Source: Chloroflexota bacterium
GTDB taxonomy: Bacteria; Chloroflexota; UBA11872; VXOZ01
Length of the DNA stretch: 64,000 nt
Direction: 5' to 3'
NCBI GenBank assembly: GCA_963662335.2
Contig: CAXXVD010000003.1
Coordinates: 480,001 to 544,000, forward strand
Under the pieces are notes generated by a model. The model made no database searches and was not told where the DNA came from. It was given only the letters and a program-made list of their open reading frames with translations. Positions 27,102-36,692 of the stretch are shown here, in pieces (positions within the stretch are counted from its first letter, which is position 1; every line of letters starts with the position of its first letter). The translations under genes were made by a program, and so were the position numbers.

Positions 27102-27982
27102 CGGTCGGGCGCTTGCCCGCCGGGTGTTTCCGCGCCGGCCGGCGTCCCGCCGCCGCTTTCCACGCCCCCATCGAGCGGGGCAAGCACGGTCACCCGCGGC
27201 GCGCCGAGCGCCGGGTCGTGCGCCACCGTCGCCTCCACGTTGAAGACGTGCGCCAGGTTCTCCGGCGTAAGCACGTCGGCCACCGTTCCCCGCGCGTGCG
27301 CCTTGCCCCGATGCAGCAGCGCCAGCCGGTCGCAGTAGCGCGCCGCCAGGTTGAGGTCGTGCACCACGGCAATGGCGGCAAGCCCCTGGCGCACCAGGCC
27401 GCGAATCAGTCCAAACACCTGGAGTTGGTGCTGCACGTCCAGCCCGGCGGTCGGCTCGTCCAGCAAAAGCAGGCGCGGCTGCTGCGTGAGCGCCCGCGCC
27501 AGGAGCACCCGCTGCCGCTCACCGGCGGAAAGTTCGGTGATCACGCGCGCGGCGAACTCCTCGGTACCGGTCTCCGCCAGGCTCTGCCGCGCAATGGCGC
27601 GGTCCCGCGCGCCCTCGGCCTGAAACCGCCCCAAATGGGGATTGCGCCCCATCAAGACCACCTCCAGGCACGTAAACGCGAAATCGAGCGTGGCGCTCTG
27701 GGGCAGGAGCGCGATCCGGCGCGCGATCTCCTGGGGCGATTGGCGCGACAGGTCTCTGCCGTCCAGTCGCACCTGGCCGGCGTCGGGCGCGAGCAACCGG
27801 CTGAGGCACTTGAGCAGAGTCGTCTTGCCCGCGCCATTGGGCCCAATGAGACCCAGCAGACTCCCGCCGCGCACCTCCAGCGAAACGTCCTCCAATAACC
27901 GCGCCAGGCCTACGGCATAGGAAACGTCTTCGGCGCTGAGCGCGGCGCCGGCGCTGCGCCTGGTATCAGGCGGGGCGCTCAT
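27098..27982 (-). CDS. Cobalamin/iron-siderophore ABC ATPase
   Basis: GPNGAGKT, LSAGERQR, LLLDEPT, HDLNLAARYCD. Confidence 0.92.
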   Translation of the reverse strand: MSAPPDTRRSAGAALSAEDVSYAVGLARLLEDVSLEVRGGSLLGLIGPNGAGKTTLLKCLSRLLAPDAGQVRLDGRDLSRQSPQEIARRIALLPQSATLDFAFTCLEVVLMGRNPHLGRFQAEGARDRAIARQSLAETGTEEFAARVITELSAGERQRVLLARALTQQPRLLLLDEPTAGLDVQHQLQVFGLIRGLVRQGLAAIAVVHDLNLAARYCDRLALLHRGKAHARGTVADVLTPENLAHVFNVEATVAHDPALGAPRVTVLAPLDGGVESGGGTPAGAETPGGQAPDR

Positions 27983-29049
27983 AGAATCGTGCCCGCGCGC
28001 CGCTGGCGGTAGAGCAGGTAGAGGAAGAAGGGCGCGCCAAAGAAAGCGGTGATCAGCCCCACCCGCAACTCCTGCGGCCGCAAGAGCAGTCGCGAGCCGA
28101 AGTCCGCCCACGTGAGCAGTACCGCGCCGGTGAGTAGACTGGTGGGCAGCACGAGGCGGTGATCCGGCCCCACCACCAGGCGCACCATGTGCGGCACCAC
28201 CAGGCCGACGAAGCCGATGATGCCGCTCACCGCTACGGCCACCGCCGTTATCAGCGCCGCCAGCGTCAGCATGATCAGGCGCACGCGGCGCACGTCCACG
28301 CCCATGCTGCGGGCGGTGTCCTCGCCCAAGGCCATCAGATTGAGGTCGCGCCCGAAGCAGAGCAGGAGCAGACTGCCGATGACGATGAACGGCAGGATGA
28401 GTTGCACGTGGGTCCAACTGCGCGCGCCCAGACTGCCCGTGAGCCAGAAGACGATCTCGCGCATGGCGTTGACGTCCGCCGTGAGCGTGAGCGCCGCCGA
28501 GATGACGGCGCCGATGAAGGCTTGCACCGCCACGCCGGCCAGGATCATCGTCATGAGCGGGTCTACGCCCCGCGCGGCCGCCAGCAGGTAGACCAGCATC
28601 ACCGCGCCCAGCGCGCCCAAGAAGGCCAGCGCCGGGGTCGCTAGATAGTGCAGGCTGCGCAGGCCGAAGTGAATGGCAATCACCGCGCCCAGCGCGCCGC
28701 CCGCGGAGACGCCGATGATGCCGGGGTCGGCGAGCGGATTGCGGAAGACGCCCTGCATGGTGGCGCCGGCCAGCGCCAGCGCCGCGCCCACCAGCGCCGC
28801 CGTCAGCGCGCGCGGCAAGCGCACGTGGCTGATGACGCTCCAGTGCACGTCGCTCGCCGCCGCGCCGATGGGCAGTCCCAGCCGCTGCGCGACGATGGAC
28901 GCCGTAACGCCCAGGGGCACGTCCACGGCGCCAAACGCCATGGTGACCACGAACGAGAGCACGAGCAGCAGCGTGAGCAGGCCCAAAGCCAACGCCAATC
29001 TGAGTGCCAGCGGCGCTTGGACGTCCAGTGTCCGCCGCAGCACGCTCAC
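27979..29049 (-). CDS. FecCD/BtuC-type ABC permease
   Basis: RLPRAL, QGVFRNPLADP, IGFVGLVVPH; GTGA overlap with upstream gene. Confidence 0.92.
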   Translation of the reverse strand: MSVLRRTLDVQAPLALRLALALGLLTLLLVLSFVVTMAFGAVDVPLGVTASIVAQRLGLPIGAAASDVHWSVISHVRLPRALTAALVGAALALAGATMQGVFRNPLADPGIIGVSAGGALGAVIAIHFGLRSLHYLATPALAFLGALGAVMLVYLLAAARGVDPLMTMILAGVAVQAFIGAVISAALTLTADVNAMREIVFWLTGSLGARSWTHVQLILPFIVIGSLLLLCFGRDLNLMALGEDTARSMGVDVRRVRLIMLTLAALITAVAVAVSGIIGFVGLVVPHMVRLVVGPDHRLVLPTSLLTGAVLLTWADFGSRLLLRPQELRVGLITAFFGAPFFLYLLYRQRRAGTIL

Positions 29050-30041
29050 GGCACGAGCTCGGGGTGGAGCAGCCGTGCCACGTCGTAGACGCCTGCCACG
29101 ATATAGTGCGAGAGCGTGGAGAGATGGCGCGCGGGCACGGTGTGGATGCGGCCGTTGCGCTTGGCGTTCACGTTTGCCAGGGCGGGATGATTGGCGAATG
29201 TTTCCCGCCACTCGGCATTGTCTTCAGGCGCGAACTCGTCGGTAATGATTACGTCCGGATTGAGTTCCACGATCTTCTCCAGCGAAATCTCGCCAAAGGG
29301 GCCGTCCAGCGCCTCGTCCCCGAGGTTTACGCCGCCGGCGCGCCGCACGATGTCGCTGAACGTCGAACCCGGCCCGGCGGAACTGCCAAAGGCGGTGTAG
29401 AAGAGCACGCGGGGTTTCACCTCAGCCTTAGCTACTTGCGCTTCGATCCGCGCGAGCCGCTTCGCCATGGCGGCGATGAGTTCCTCGGCCCGCGCCTCGT
29501 CGCCGGTGAGCCGCGCGACGAAACGGATGTTATCCGCTACCTGCGCCACCGAATCGAAGAGCGACACCACCACGACCGGTACGCCGGCGTCTCTGAGCAA
29601 CTTCAGGTGAGCGGGATCGTTATAGGTGGCGGCCAAGACGAGGTCCGGCTCCAGGGCGATTATCTGCTCCGGGTCGGACTGCACGGTATGCGCGACCTGC
29701 TTGGCTTGCTCGCTTACGTTCGTCCACAGCGAGTCTGCGGCCAGGTACGTGACGGCGCGCACGCGGGTTGTGTCTACCAACGAGAGCAGGATTTCGTCCG
29801 TCGCCAGGGTGAGCGAGACGATGCGCTGCGGCTTGTGCGCAATCGTGACCGCGTGTCCCGACCCATCCGTGATGGTGCGGGGAAAGCCCTGGCTGTCCGC
29901 CGGCGCTGCTGCCGTGGCGGCAGGCGCGGCTTCTTTGGTCTCCGGCGCGGCCGCCGGCTGCACGGCGCAACCGGCCAGCAACGCCGCCAGGCCGAGCAAT
30001 AGACTAATGAGCGAACGTCGCGTGCGCCTAGACGAATACAT
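29046..30041 (-). CDS. BtuF-like substrate-binding lipoprotein
   Basis: LLAGC; PQRIVSL..ATDEIL, EQIIALEPDLV, ISLEKIVELNPDVI. Confidence 0.9.
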   Translation of the reverse strand: MYSSRRTRRSLISLLLGLAALLAGCAVQPAAAPETKEAAPAATAAAPADSQGFPRTITDGSGHAVTIAHKPQRIVSLTLATDEILLSLVDTTRVRAVTYLAADSLWTNVSEQAKQVAHTVQSDPEQIIALEPDLVLAATYNDPAHLKLLRDAGVPVVVVSLFDSVAQVADNIRFVARLTGDEARAEELIAAMAKRLARIEAQVAKAEVKPRVLFYTAFGSSAGPGSTFSDIVRRAGGVNLGDEALDGPFGEISLEKIVELNPDVIITDEFAPEDNAEWRETFANHPALANVNAKRNGRIHTVPARHLSTLSHYIVAGVYDVARLLHPELVP

Positions 30042-30190
30042 AGAGTCCCTTCCTTTGGGGTGGGTGATGCAGCGAAGCGGCATCGCCAAGATGCCGGCAA
30101 GAGCGCACGCTCTGGAGGAGCGCAGGTCGGCGCGACCGCATGGTTGGCGCGAGCGTACGAGCCACTGCGCTGCGCCGGTTCCGGCGCGGT

Positions 30191-30267
30191 TGGCCTCCCT
30201 GGGGCGACTCGAACGCCCGACACGCAGTTTAGGAAACTGCTGCTCTATCCAACTGAGCTACAGGGAG
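30191..30267 (-). tRNA. tRNA-Arg(CCT)
   Basis: CTCCCTGTAGCTCAGTTGGATAGAGCAGCAGTTT-CCT-AAACTGC...GTTCGAGTC...GGGAGGCCA. Confidence 0.96.
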
Positions 30268-30340
30268 TTGCCGAGACGCATACGCGGGTGCTTAATCCCA
30301 TTATGCCGTAGCTGCACGATCCCTGCATGGCGATTACCGC

Positions 30341-30393
30341 TTGCTATATATTGTGTGGCGGCAAGTCTAAAACACAATATATTGGCTTGTCAA
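30341..30393 (-). promoter_or_regulatory. Promoter overlapped by tandem NrdR-like boxes
   Basis: Boxes TTGCTATATATTGTGT (30341) and ACACAATATATTGGCT (30372), 31 bp apart; minus TTGACA, 18 bp, TAGACT. Confidence 0.7.
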
Positions 30394-30692
30394 GGAAAAA
30401 CGCGCGCTTGCGAGAAGAGTTCCTCGAAACACGTGTGCCGGTGAAACCTATTTTCGTTTCCGCCAGCGAGATTGAGTCAGCGCGGCATCTAAGCGGGGAA
30501 ACTGCCCGTCACAATTAAATTGGCTAGAGAAAGAGGCTTCATGGGGCTAGACGAGGCTACGCCCAACGGGATGCCGACAGCATAGTCAGCATGGCAAAGC
30601 CGCTGCGCTAAGCATTCCCTTGCGTGGGCGGCTAGTCAGATGAATGGTTCCCCCAGCTAACTACCCTCTTTCATGCTCGACTCTTTCCGAGC

Positions 30693-30722
30693 AAAACCCC
30701 CCGCCACTCGGCGGGGGGTTTT
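30693..30722. terminator. Intrinsic terminator after protease copy 2
   Basis: AAAACCCCCCGCC-ACTC-GGCGGGGGGTTTT. Confidence 0.85.
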
Positions 30723-30733
30723 GACTTCCGAGA

Positions 30734-31189
30734 CTAGCCGGTGGGAGGAACACCGTTTTGAATAGTCTCAGCGCCTGATCTCCCGTCATAATTCATGACG
30801 AAGTCTCGCAGGAACGATCTGCCAAGAATCGCTAGATGCTGTTGGCCTCCCGCGTGAAGGTACACCCCAGAAAATCTCCCGTAGAGGAAACTATCTAGAG
30901 CCGGAATGGAAACTTGGGCTAAGTACTCTGGCACAAACCCTGTCCCGTGAGCGCCTGCGACCTTCCCTTCCCCAACAAGCGGCAGTTTCAAGTACTTGGC
31001 GAGCGCTACATCGATTGCACTGAGGGTTGCGCCCGTATCAACCAACGCGGAGAATTTCTCAGGCGGAAGTGTGGGGGCTCTAGCCTTTCCGGTGAAATAG
31101 TCAAAGTCGAATCCTACTTTAACTTCAAGGCTAGGGCCGTCCGTGAATAGTTGCAATGGGTCATTGGGTTGACAAACAGCAAAGCTCAT
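30734..31189 (-). CDS. Retropepsin-like aspartyl protease, copy 2
   Basis: ALVDTGA, ILGRSFL; ATGA overlap with upstream gene. Confidence 0.85.
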   Translation of the reverse strand: MSFAVCQPNDPLQLFTDGPSLEVKVGFDFDYFTGKARAPTLPPEKFSALVDTGATLSAIDVALAKYLKLPLVGEGKVAGAHGTGFVPEYLAQVSIPALDSFLYGRFSGVYLHAGGQQHLAILGRSFLRDFVMNYDGRSGAETIQNGVPPTG

Positions 31190-31422
31190 CGCCCAACACC
31201 GTAGACCATAGACGGCAAAACGACCTCCGGTTCTCCGATCTCCTTGATCAGATAAGGGCCGCGCCCAAAACGCTGCACCGCTGCGCGCGCAGCATCTTCC
31301 AGGTTGCCGTACGTGCCAACAACCTTTTCGCCCTTGATTACGATGATCTTGCCCATGTGTTTTGACTCAAGCTCTGTACGCATCTCCTCAAAGACAGCGT
31401 ACTCTTGCGCTAGCTCTTGCAT
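31186..31422 (-). CDS. Small protein (DUF5678-like), partner of protease, copy 2
   Basis: MRTELESKHMGKIIVIKGEKVVGTY...GPYLIKEI; homologous to 9297-9569. Confidence 0.8.
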   Translation of the reverse strand: MQELAQEYAVFEEMRTELESKHMGKIIVIKGEKVVGTYGNLEDAARAAVQRFGRGPYLIKEIGEPEVVLPSMVYGVGR

Positions 31423-31494
31423 GGGACGGCGTCCTTTGGTCTTTTGACCTAAACCCAACTCAAGCCACCTACATTCAGTATACGTTTGTCAGTT

Positions 31495-31700
31495 TCAAAC
31501 GTACACCCCGCAAACCCATCGCATGAACCCATCCCACGGCATTTTCAACGCGCGCGAATGGCGCTCATGCGCCGCCGCGCCAATGTAGCGGTTGGTACGT
31601 TGTACTGTCAAGCAGTAGCGCTGAACGGCAAGCGCGCGCTTCACCAGTAACCGGAAAGCCTCGATGGTGTTCGTGTGCCTAGCACCGTCCACATATTGCT
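31495..31700 (-). pseudogene. IS1595-family transposase C-terminal remnant
   Basis: HTNTIEAF.LLVKRA.......NRYI resembles the IS1595 DDE C-terminus; N-terminus missing. Confidence 0.65.
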
Positions 31701-31762
31701 TGCTGTGGCTGATGCGTAGACGCCGCGTCTAGCCGGGGAGTCTTTCATAAGTGCGGTGGTGA

Positions 31763-33040
31763 TTACCAATACCGCATCGCGTCCGCGAACATGCGCGCCA
31801 GGTCGTCCGCCGTGGCCTGGCGTGGCGAGAGTTTCGTGACGCGGTGCTGCGGCAGCGTGCCTTCCACCAGCGCCGGTATGTCCGCGCTCGTGTAGCCCAC
31901 GGCGCTCAGGCCGTTCGGAATCTGCAACTCTTGCATTATGGAAATCAGGCGGTCGGCCAGCACCTTGCCGGCGTCTCGCGGTTTCGTCCGGCTCACGTCC
32001 GCGCCCAGCAATCCGGCCGCGGTGATGTGGCGCGTCGGCCCGGCCGCGCCCGTGAAGCGGAAGACCGCCGGCGCGTTGAGAATGACGGCCATGCCGTGGG
32101 GCACGATTGGCTGCTCCCCGGCGTACCCGTGCGGGTGGTAGCCGCGCACCATGCCCGCCACCGGATAGGACATACCGTGCGGCAGGTGCACGCCGGCGTT
32201 GCCAAAGCCGATACCGGCAAACGAGGCCGCCAGCAGCATCTTTTCCCGCGCTTCCCGGTCCTCGGGATCCGCCATAGCCCGGGGCAAGAACTCCGCCACC
32301 ATCGAGAGCGTCTCCCGCGCCCACAGGTCGCTCACCGGATTCGAGCCCTGGTACGCCGCCCGCAAGAGAGGCCGCGCCGGATAGGGCCGCGCGGTGTAGG
32401 CAATCGCGGTATAGGACTCCAGCGCGTGGCTCAGCACGTCGCAGCCGGTGCAGGCCACCGCCGTGGGCGAGAGGGTGGCGGTGTTCTCCGGGTCGATGAT
32501 GCCCAGGGTAGGCTTCAGGTTGCGGTGGGCGATGCCGGTTTTCGCGTGCATCGCCACCAGGTCGAAGATGGCAGTGCCCGTGGTCTCGCTGCCGGTGCCG
32601 GCCGTAGTCGGAATCGCGATCAGCGGCTTGAGCGGCCCCGGCACCGGCAGCCCCTTGCCGATGGGGGCATTGACATAATCGAGGAAGTCGGCGGGATAGG
32701 TGGCGTAGAGATTGGCGGCTTTGGCGGTGTCGATGGTGGAACCGCCGCCCACCGCCACAAACGAATCTACCTCCTCCGCGACGGCAAACGCGATTGCTTC
32801 CTGAAACGAGGCGTCGGTGGGTTCGATCTGCACGCGGTCGAAGAGCGCGTAGGGCACCTTGGCCTCTTCCAGCGCCGCGCGCACCGTCGCGACCGGCGGC
32901 AACTCCCGCAGCACCGGATCGGTGACCACCATCACCCGCCGCGCGCCCCGGTCGACCAGGTCCAACCCCACCTCGCGGGTCACGCCCCAGCCGAAACGGA
33001 TGCTGGACGCCGCCATTTCAAACGCTATGTCTTGCTCCAT
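31763..33040 (-). CDS. Hydroxyacid-oxoacid transhydrogenase (Fe-ADH family)
   Basis: EMAASSIRFG, GGGSTIDTAK, PTTAGTGSETT, GVHLPHGMSYPV. Confidence 0.92.
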   Translation of the reverse strand: MEQDIAFEMAASSIRFGWGVTREVGLDLVDRGARRVMVVTDPVLRELPPVATVRAALEEAKVPYALFDRVQIEPTDASFQEAIAFAVAEEVDSFVAVGGGSTIDTAKAANLYATYPADFLDYVNAPIGKGLPVPGPLKPLIAIPTTAGTGSETTGTAIFDLVAMHAKTGIAHRNLKPTLGIIDPENTATLSPTAVACTGCDVLSHALESYTAIAYTARPYPARPLLRAAYQGSNPVSDLWARETLSMVAEFLPRAMADPEDREAREKMLLAASFAGIGFGNAGVHLPHGMSYPVAGMVRGYHPHGYAGEQPIVPHGMAVILNAPAVFRFTGAAGPTRHITAAGLLGADVSRTKPRDAGKVLADRLISIMQELQIPNGLSAVGYTSADIPALVEGTLPQHRVTKLSPRQATADDLARMFADAMRYW

Positions 33041-33108
33041 GCCGCCAACTCCTCGCGCGCTACCGCCATGCTCCGCCGCCTATGCGTATGCTACATGCAT
33101 AGTACCAA

Positions 33109-35598
33109 TTACAGCGCGCGCACCGCCTGTTCCAGCCTCTCGGTCGCTTCCAGGTAGTCGTCGCCGGGGGTAAAGACCAGCGGCTTGCCGAATTCCACGG
33201 TCACGTGGCCGCGCCAGGGGAATTTCGCGCCCTCGAAAATGCCCGGCCGCACCTGCCGCACCCGGATCGGCGCCACCGGCGTGCGCGACTCCACCGCCAC
33301 GAACCCGGTGCCGGGCTTGAATTCCTTGATCTCGCCGGGCGTGCGGTCGCCCTCGGGGAAGATGAGCACCGACCAGTCGCTATCCAGCAGGTTGCCCAGG
33401 TTTTCCAGGCTGCGCCGCACCGGGCCGTAGCGAGCGAACGGGAACGTGTTGCCCAACAGCGGGCTGAATATCCGCCACCACACCGACGAGAAGTAGTTAT
33501 CCGCCGCCGCCGCCATAGCCAGCCGCCGGCGCGCCGAGGGCGAGAGGCCCAGCAGTATCATCCCGGCGTCCAGCCGCAGGTTGTGGTTCGAGGCGTAGAG
33601 CACCGGCCCGGCAAGGCCATCCAGATGCTCCGTGCCCTTAACCTCCACCCGGTAGAGCAGCCGGATGCCGGGATTGACAATCAGGTAATAGAGAAGTGTG
33701 CGCGCGATGCGGCACCAGCCGGCCCGGCTCCACGCGGGAAACCGCTCGTCCTCGCTGGCGCTGCCCTGGGCCAGCAGCGCTTCCAAGTCGCCCACGGTCG
33801 TCTCCGGGTGCACCTGGGTCTCGTCGATGTAGACGCCGAGTTCCTGCTCGATTGCCGAGAGCAACTCGACCCGTCCCAGGGAATCCAGCCCGATGTCGGC
33901 CCCCAGGCTGCGCTCCGCGCTCACGTCCGCGGCGGACACCTCGCAGATGCGCACGATAAGCTGCTCCAGCGGCGTCAGCGCCTCTTTCGCCTCCGCAACC
34001 GGAACTGCCGTCGGTTCCGCTTCACCCTGCGCGTCCGCGACGAGTTGCTCCAACACGATGTTCTTCTTCACCTTGAGCGTATGGGTGCGGGGAAAGTCCT
34101 CGTCCGGCCACGTGCTGAAGCCCCGAATCTGCTGGTGGGCGGCCAACTGGGGGTTGACTGCCGCCACCACCGCGCCGGGGTCTCCGCCCTCGTCGCCGTC
34201 GCTGGGAATGAGCACGGCGTACACGTCCTCGCCGCCGCTCGCGCTCGGCATCCCCACCACCACCGCGTCCGTCACCGCCGGGTGGCTCTGCAGCAGCGGC
34301 TCGATGTCCTCCGGATAGACGTTCTGGCCGTTGGCCAGCACGATCAGGTCTTTCTTCCGTCCCTTGAAGTAGATGAAGCCGTCCTCGTCGATGTGGCCCA
34401 GGTCGCCGGTCTTGTACCACTCGCCGTCGAACGACGACGCCGTGATTTCCGGCGCGTTCCAGTAGCCCTGCGTCACGTTGGGGCCGCGGGTGTGGATTTC
34501 GCCGTCCTCCGCGATGCGCACGTCCTGTCCCGGCAGCGCCTTGCCCAGGGCGTCCAGTTTCTTGGCTTGAAAGCTGTTGCAGGCCACAATCGGCGCGGCC
34601 TCGGTGGTGCCGTAGCCCTGGAGCACCATAATGCCCAGCGCCTCCCACTTTTCGGCCAGGGGCGGGTCCAGGCGCGCGCCGCCGCACATCACGAACTCCA
34701 ATTTGCCGCCGAAACGCTTGTGCACTTTGGCGAATAGCTTCTTACGCAGCCACACCGGCAGGCGCGGCGCGGCGCCCATGATCTTCTCTAACTGCTCCTT
34801 CTTGCCGGTGCGTTCGGCCTCCCGCTCGATGGCGTTCATGAAGAGTTCCAGCGCCTGGGGCACCAGCACGATGCTGGTGATGCCGTTCTCCTGCATGGTG
34901 CGCACCAGAATGCTCGGCTGGCGGCTGACGGGATAGACCACCTGGCCGCCGCCGTAGAGGACCGCAATGAGGCCCACCGTCTGCTCCAGCATGTGGCTGA
35001 GCGGCAGGAGCGAGAGCAAACGCCAGTGGGGCAAAGGCGTCACCACCTGGCACGCGGCCACCACGTTGGACATGATATTGCCGTGGGTGAGGATCACCCC
35101 TTTGGGCGCGCCGGTGGTGCCGGAGGTGAACATGATCTCCGCGATGTCGTCCGCCGCCACCGCAACCTGCGGCGGCGTCTCGCGGCCTTCGTCCCGCAGC
35201 AACGTTTCCAGGTCTTCGATGTTCAGATGCGGCAGCGCGTCGACTTCCGCGTTTTCCGGCGTGAACTGGGAGATGAAGGCGAACTTGGGGTCGGTCTGCC
35301 CGAGCACGCCGGCCACGAATTCCGGCGCGCTGCGGATGTCGAACGGCACGGCGATCGCGCCCAACCGCAGGCAGCCGAAGAGCGCCACCACCCACTCCGG
35401 CCGGTTCGGCGCCCAGATCACCACCCGGTCGCCCTTCTCGATGCCCCGGCCGTTGAGATACGCCGCGACCCGGCCGGCGGCTTCCCATAACTCGCGGTAA
35501 CTCCAGCGGCGCACGCGGATGCCCGGCTTGATGCTCAGCGCGGTAGCATCGCCAAAACGGCCGGCGGCGGTCTCCAGGAGGTCGTTCAGCGTCTGCAT
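33109..35598 (-). CDS. Fused acyl-AMP ligase - acyl carrier - PlsC acyltransferase
   Basis: FTSGTTGAPKG, GYGTTE, KTGDLG; GLDSLGRVEL carrier Ser; SNHNLRLD and IFPEG. Confidence 0.9.
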   Translation of the reverse strand: MQTLNDLLETAAGRFGDATALSIKPGIRVRRWSYRELWEAAGRVAAYLNGRGIEKGDRVVIWAPNRPEWVVALFGCLRLGAIAVPFDIRSAPEFVAGVLGQTDPKFAFISQFTPENAEVDALPHLNIEDLETLLRDEGRETPPQVAVAADDIAEIMFTSGTTGAPKGVILTHGNIMSNVVAACQVVTPLPHWRLLSLLPLSHMLEQTVGLIAVLYGGGQVVYPVSRQPSILVRTMQENGITSIVLVPQALELFMNAIEREAERTGKKEQLEKIMGAAPRLPVWLRKKLFAKVHKRFGGKLEFVMCGGARLDPPLAEKWEALGIMVLQGYGTTEAAPIVACNSFQAKKLDALGKALPGQDVRIAEDGEIHTRGPNVTQGYWNAPEITASSFDGEWYKTGDLGHIDEDGFIYFKGRKKDLIVLANGQNVYPEDIEPLLQSHPAVTDAVVVGMPSASGGEDVYAVLIPSDGDEGGDPGAVVAAVNPQLAAHQQIRGFSTWPDEDFPRTHTLKVKKNIVLEQLVADAQGEAEPTAVPVAEAKEALTPLEQLIVRICEVSAADVSAERSLGADIGLDSLGRVELLSAIEQELGVYIDETQVHPETTVGDLEALLAQGSASEDERFPAWSRAGWCRIARTLLYYLIVNPGIRLLYRVEVKGTEHLDGLAGPVLYASNHNLRLDAGMILLGLSPSARRRLAMAAAADNYFSSVWWRIFSPLLGNTFPFARYGPVRRSLENLGNLLDSDWSVLIFPEGDRTPGEIKEFKPGTGFVAVESRTPVAPIRVRQVRPGIFEGAKFPWRGHVTVEFGKPLVFTPGDDYLEATERLEQAVRAL

Positions 35599-35794
35599 GC
35601 GGCTCTCCTTGCGTCTTTACTGGAAGCAATTCATGCACATTGTACGGTGCATTATACGCGCCGCTTCGGTTTATGAAAACCGCGCGCGCTGTGGTACGGT
35701 GAAGAGGGAAGCCATACGCGAGCGCCGATTGACCTAGCGGACTCGCGGGCGTCGCGGTTGGCTCAGCCCCATCTGCAAGGAGCGCAATCAATCG

Positions 35795-36511
35795 GTGCCG
35801 GACATCCGATTCTTCGAGCCAATCGCCATCGCGCCCGGCGTGAATCAAGTGCACGTGCTGGGCGCCCGCGTCACCGTGCTGGAGACGGCTGACGGCGTGG
35901 TGCTGGTAGACGCCGGCAGCCGGGGCAGCCTGCCGTTCATAAAGCTGGGATTGGGCGCGCTCGACATCGCCCTGGAGCAGGTGCGGCTCATCGCGCTGAC
36001 GCACAGCCATCCCGATCACGCCGGCGGTCTGGCGGAACTGGTGGAGGCCACTTCCGCGCCGGTGGCCGTGCACCAGAGCGAAGCCGGCATCGTGCGCGGC
36101 GACGACCCGCCGCCCAGCCCGCTCCGCCGCGAGGCGCTGCCGCAGGTGCAGCCGGTCTTCTCCGTGTTCAGCGGCCCGCCGGTGGACGTGCGCTACCCGC
36201 TGGAAGACGGCGATTGCCTGCCCGTGGCCGCGGGCGTGCGCGTCATCCACACGCCGGGCCACACCCAGGGGAGCATCTGTCTGTACGTGGAACCGGCTCA
36301 GGCGCTCATCGTCGGCGACGCGCTGCAATTTCGCTTCGGCAAGCTGCTCGGACCTTCGTGGCTCTTTACGCGCGACCCGGAACTGGCGCGCGCGTCCTTG
36401 GCCAAACTGCTGGACGTGGACTTCCGCACCCTCTGCTTCAGCCACTTCCCGCCGATCAAGGAAGACGCGCGCGCGATGCTCGCCGGCTACCTGCAAGGCG
36501 TGGAAGCCTGA
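35795..36511 (+). CDS. MBL-fold metallo-hydrolase
   Basis: THSHPDHAGG, TPGHT, GDA, FSH. Confidence 0.9.
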   Translation: MPDIRFFEPIAIAPGVNQVHVLGARVTVLETADGVVLVDAGSRGSLPFIKLGLGALDIALEQVRLIALTHSHPDHAGGLAELVEATSAPVAVHQSEAGIVRGDDPPPSPLRREALPQVQPVFSVFSGPPVDVRYPLEDGDCLPVAAGVRVIHTPGHTQGSICLYVEPAQALIVGDALQFRFGKLLGPSWLFTRDPELARASLAKLLDVDFRTLCFSHFPPIKEDARAMLAGYLQGVEA

Positions 36512-36692
36512 CGCCGCCCGCTTAGCGGCGGCGCCGGCCTGCAACCGGCCTCCCCGGTAGCGCAGGTTGCAAACCTGCGCCCTCTCCCGCCTCTCGCCCC
36601 AACGCGGGCATGAAGTTTGGCGAGAGACATTGTACAGTAGTGGTGAGCGGACGACTGGCACGCGCGCACATCAGCAAAGAGGTAGCGGAGAC

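Noticed and set aside
30042-30190. Cobalamin riboswitch upstream of the Btu-like operon
   Set aside because: No B12-box or GGGAA core motifs recognised
30191-31700. tRNA-Arg as integration site of the protease islet
   Set aside because: The islet is on the 5' side of the tRNA; no integrase or duplicated tRNA 3' end seen
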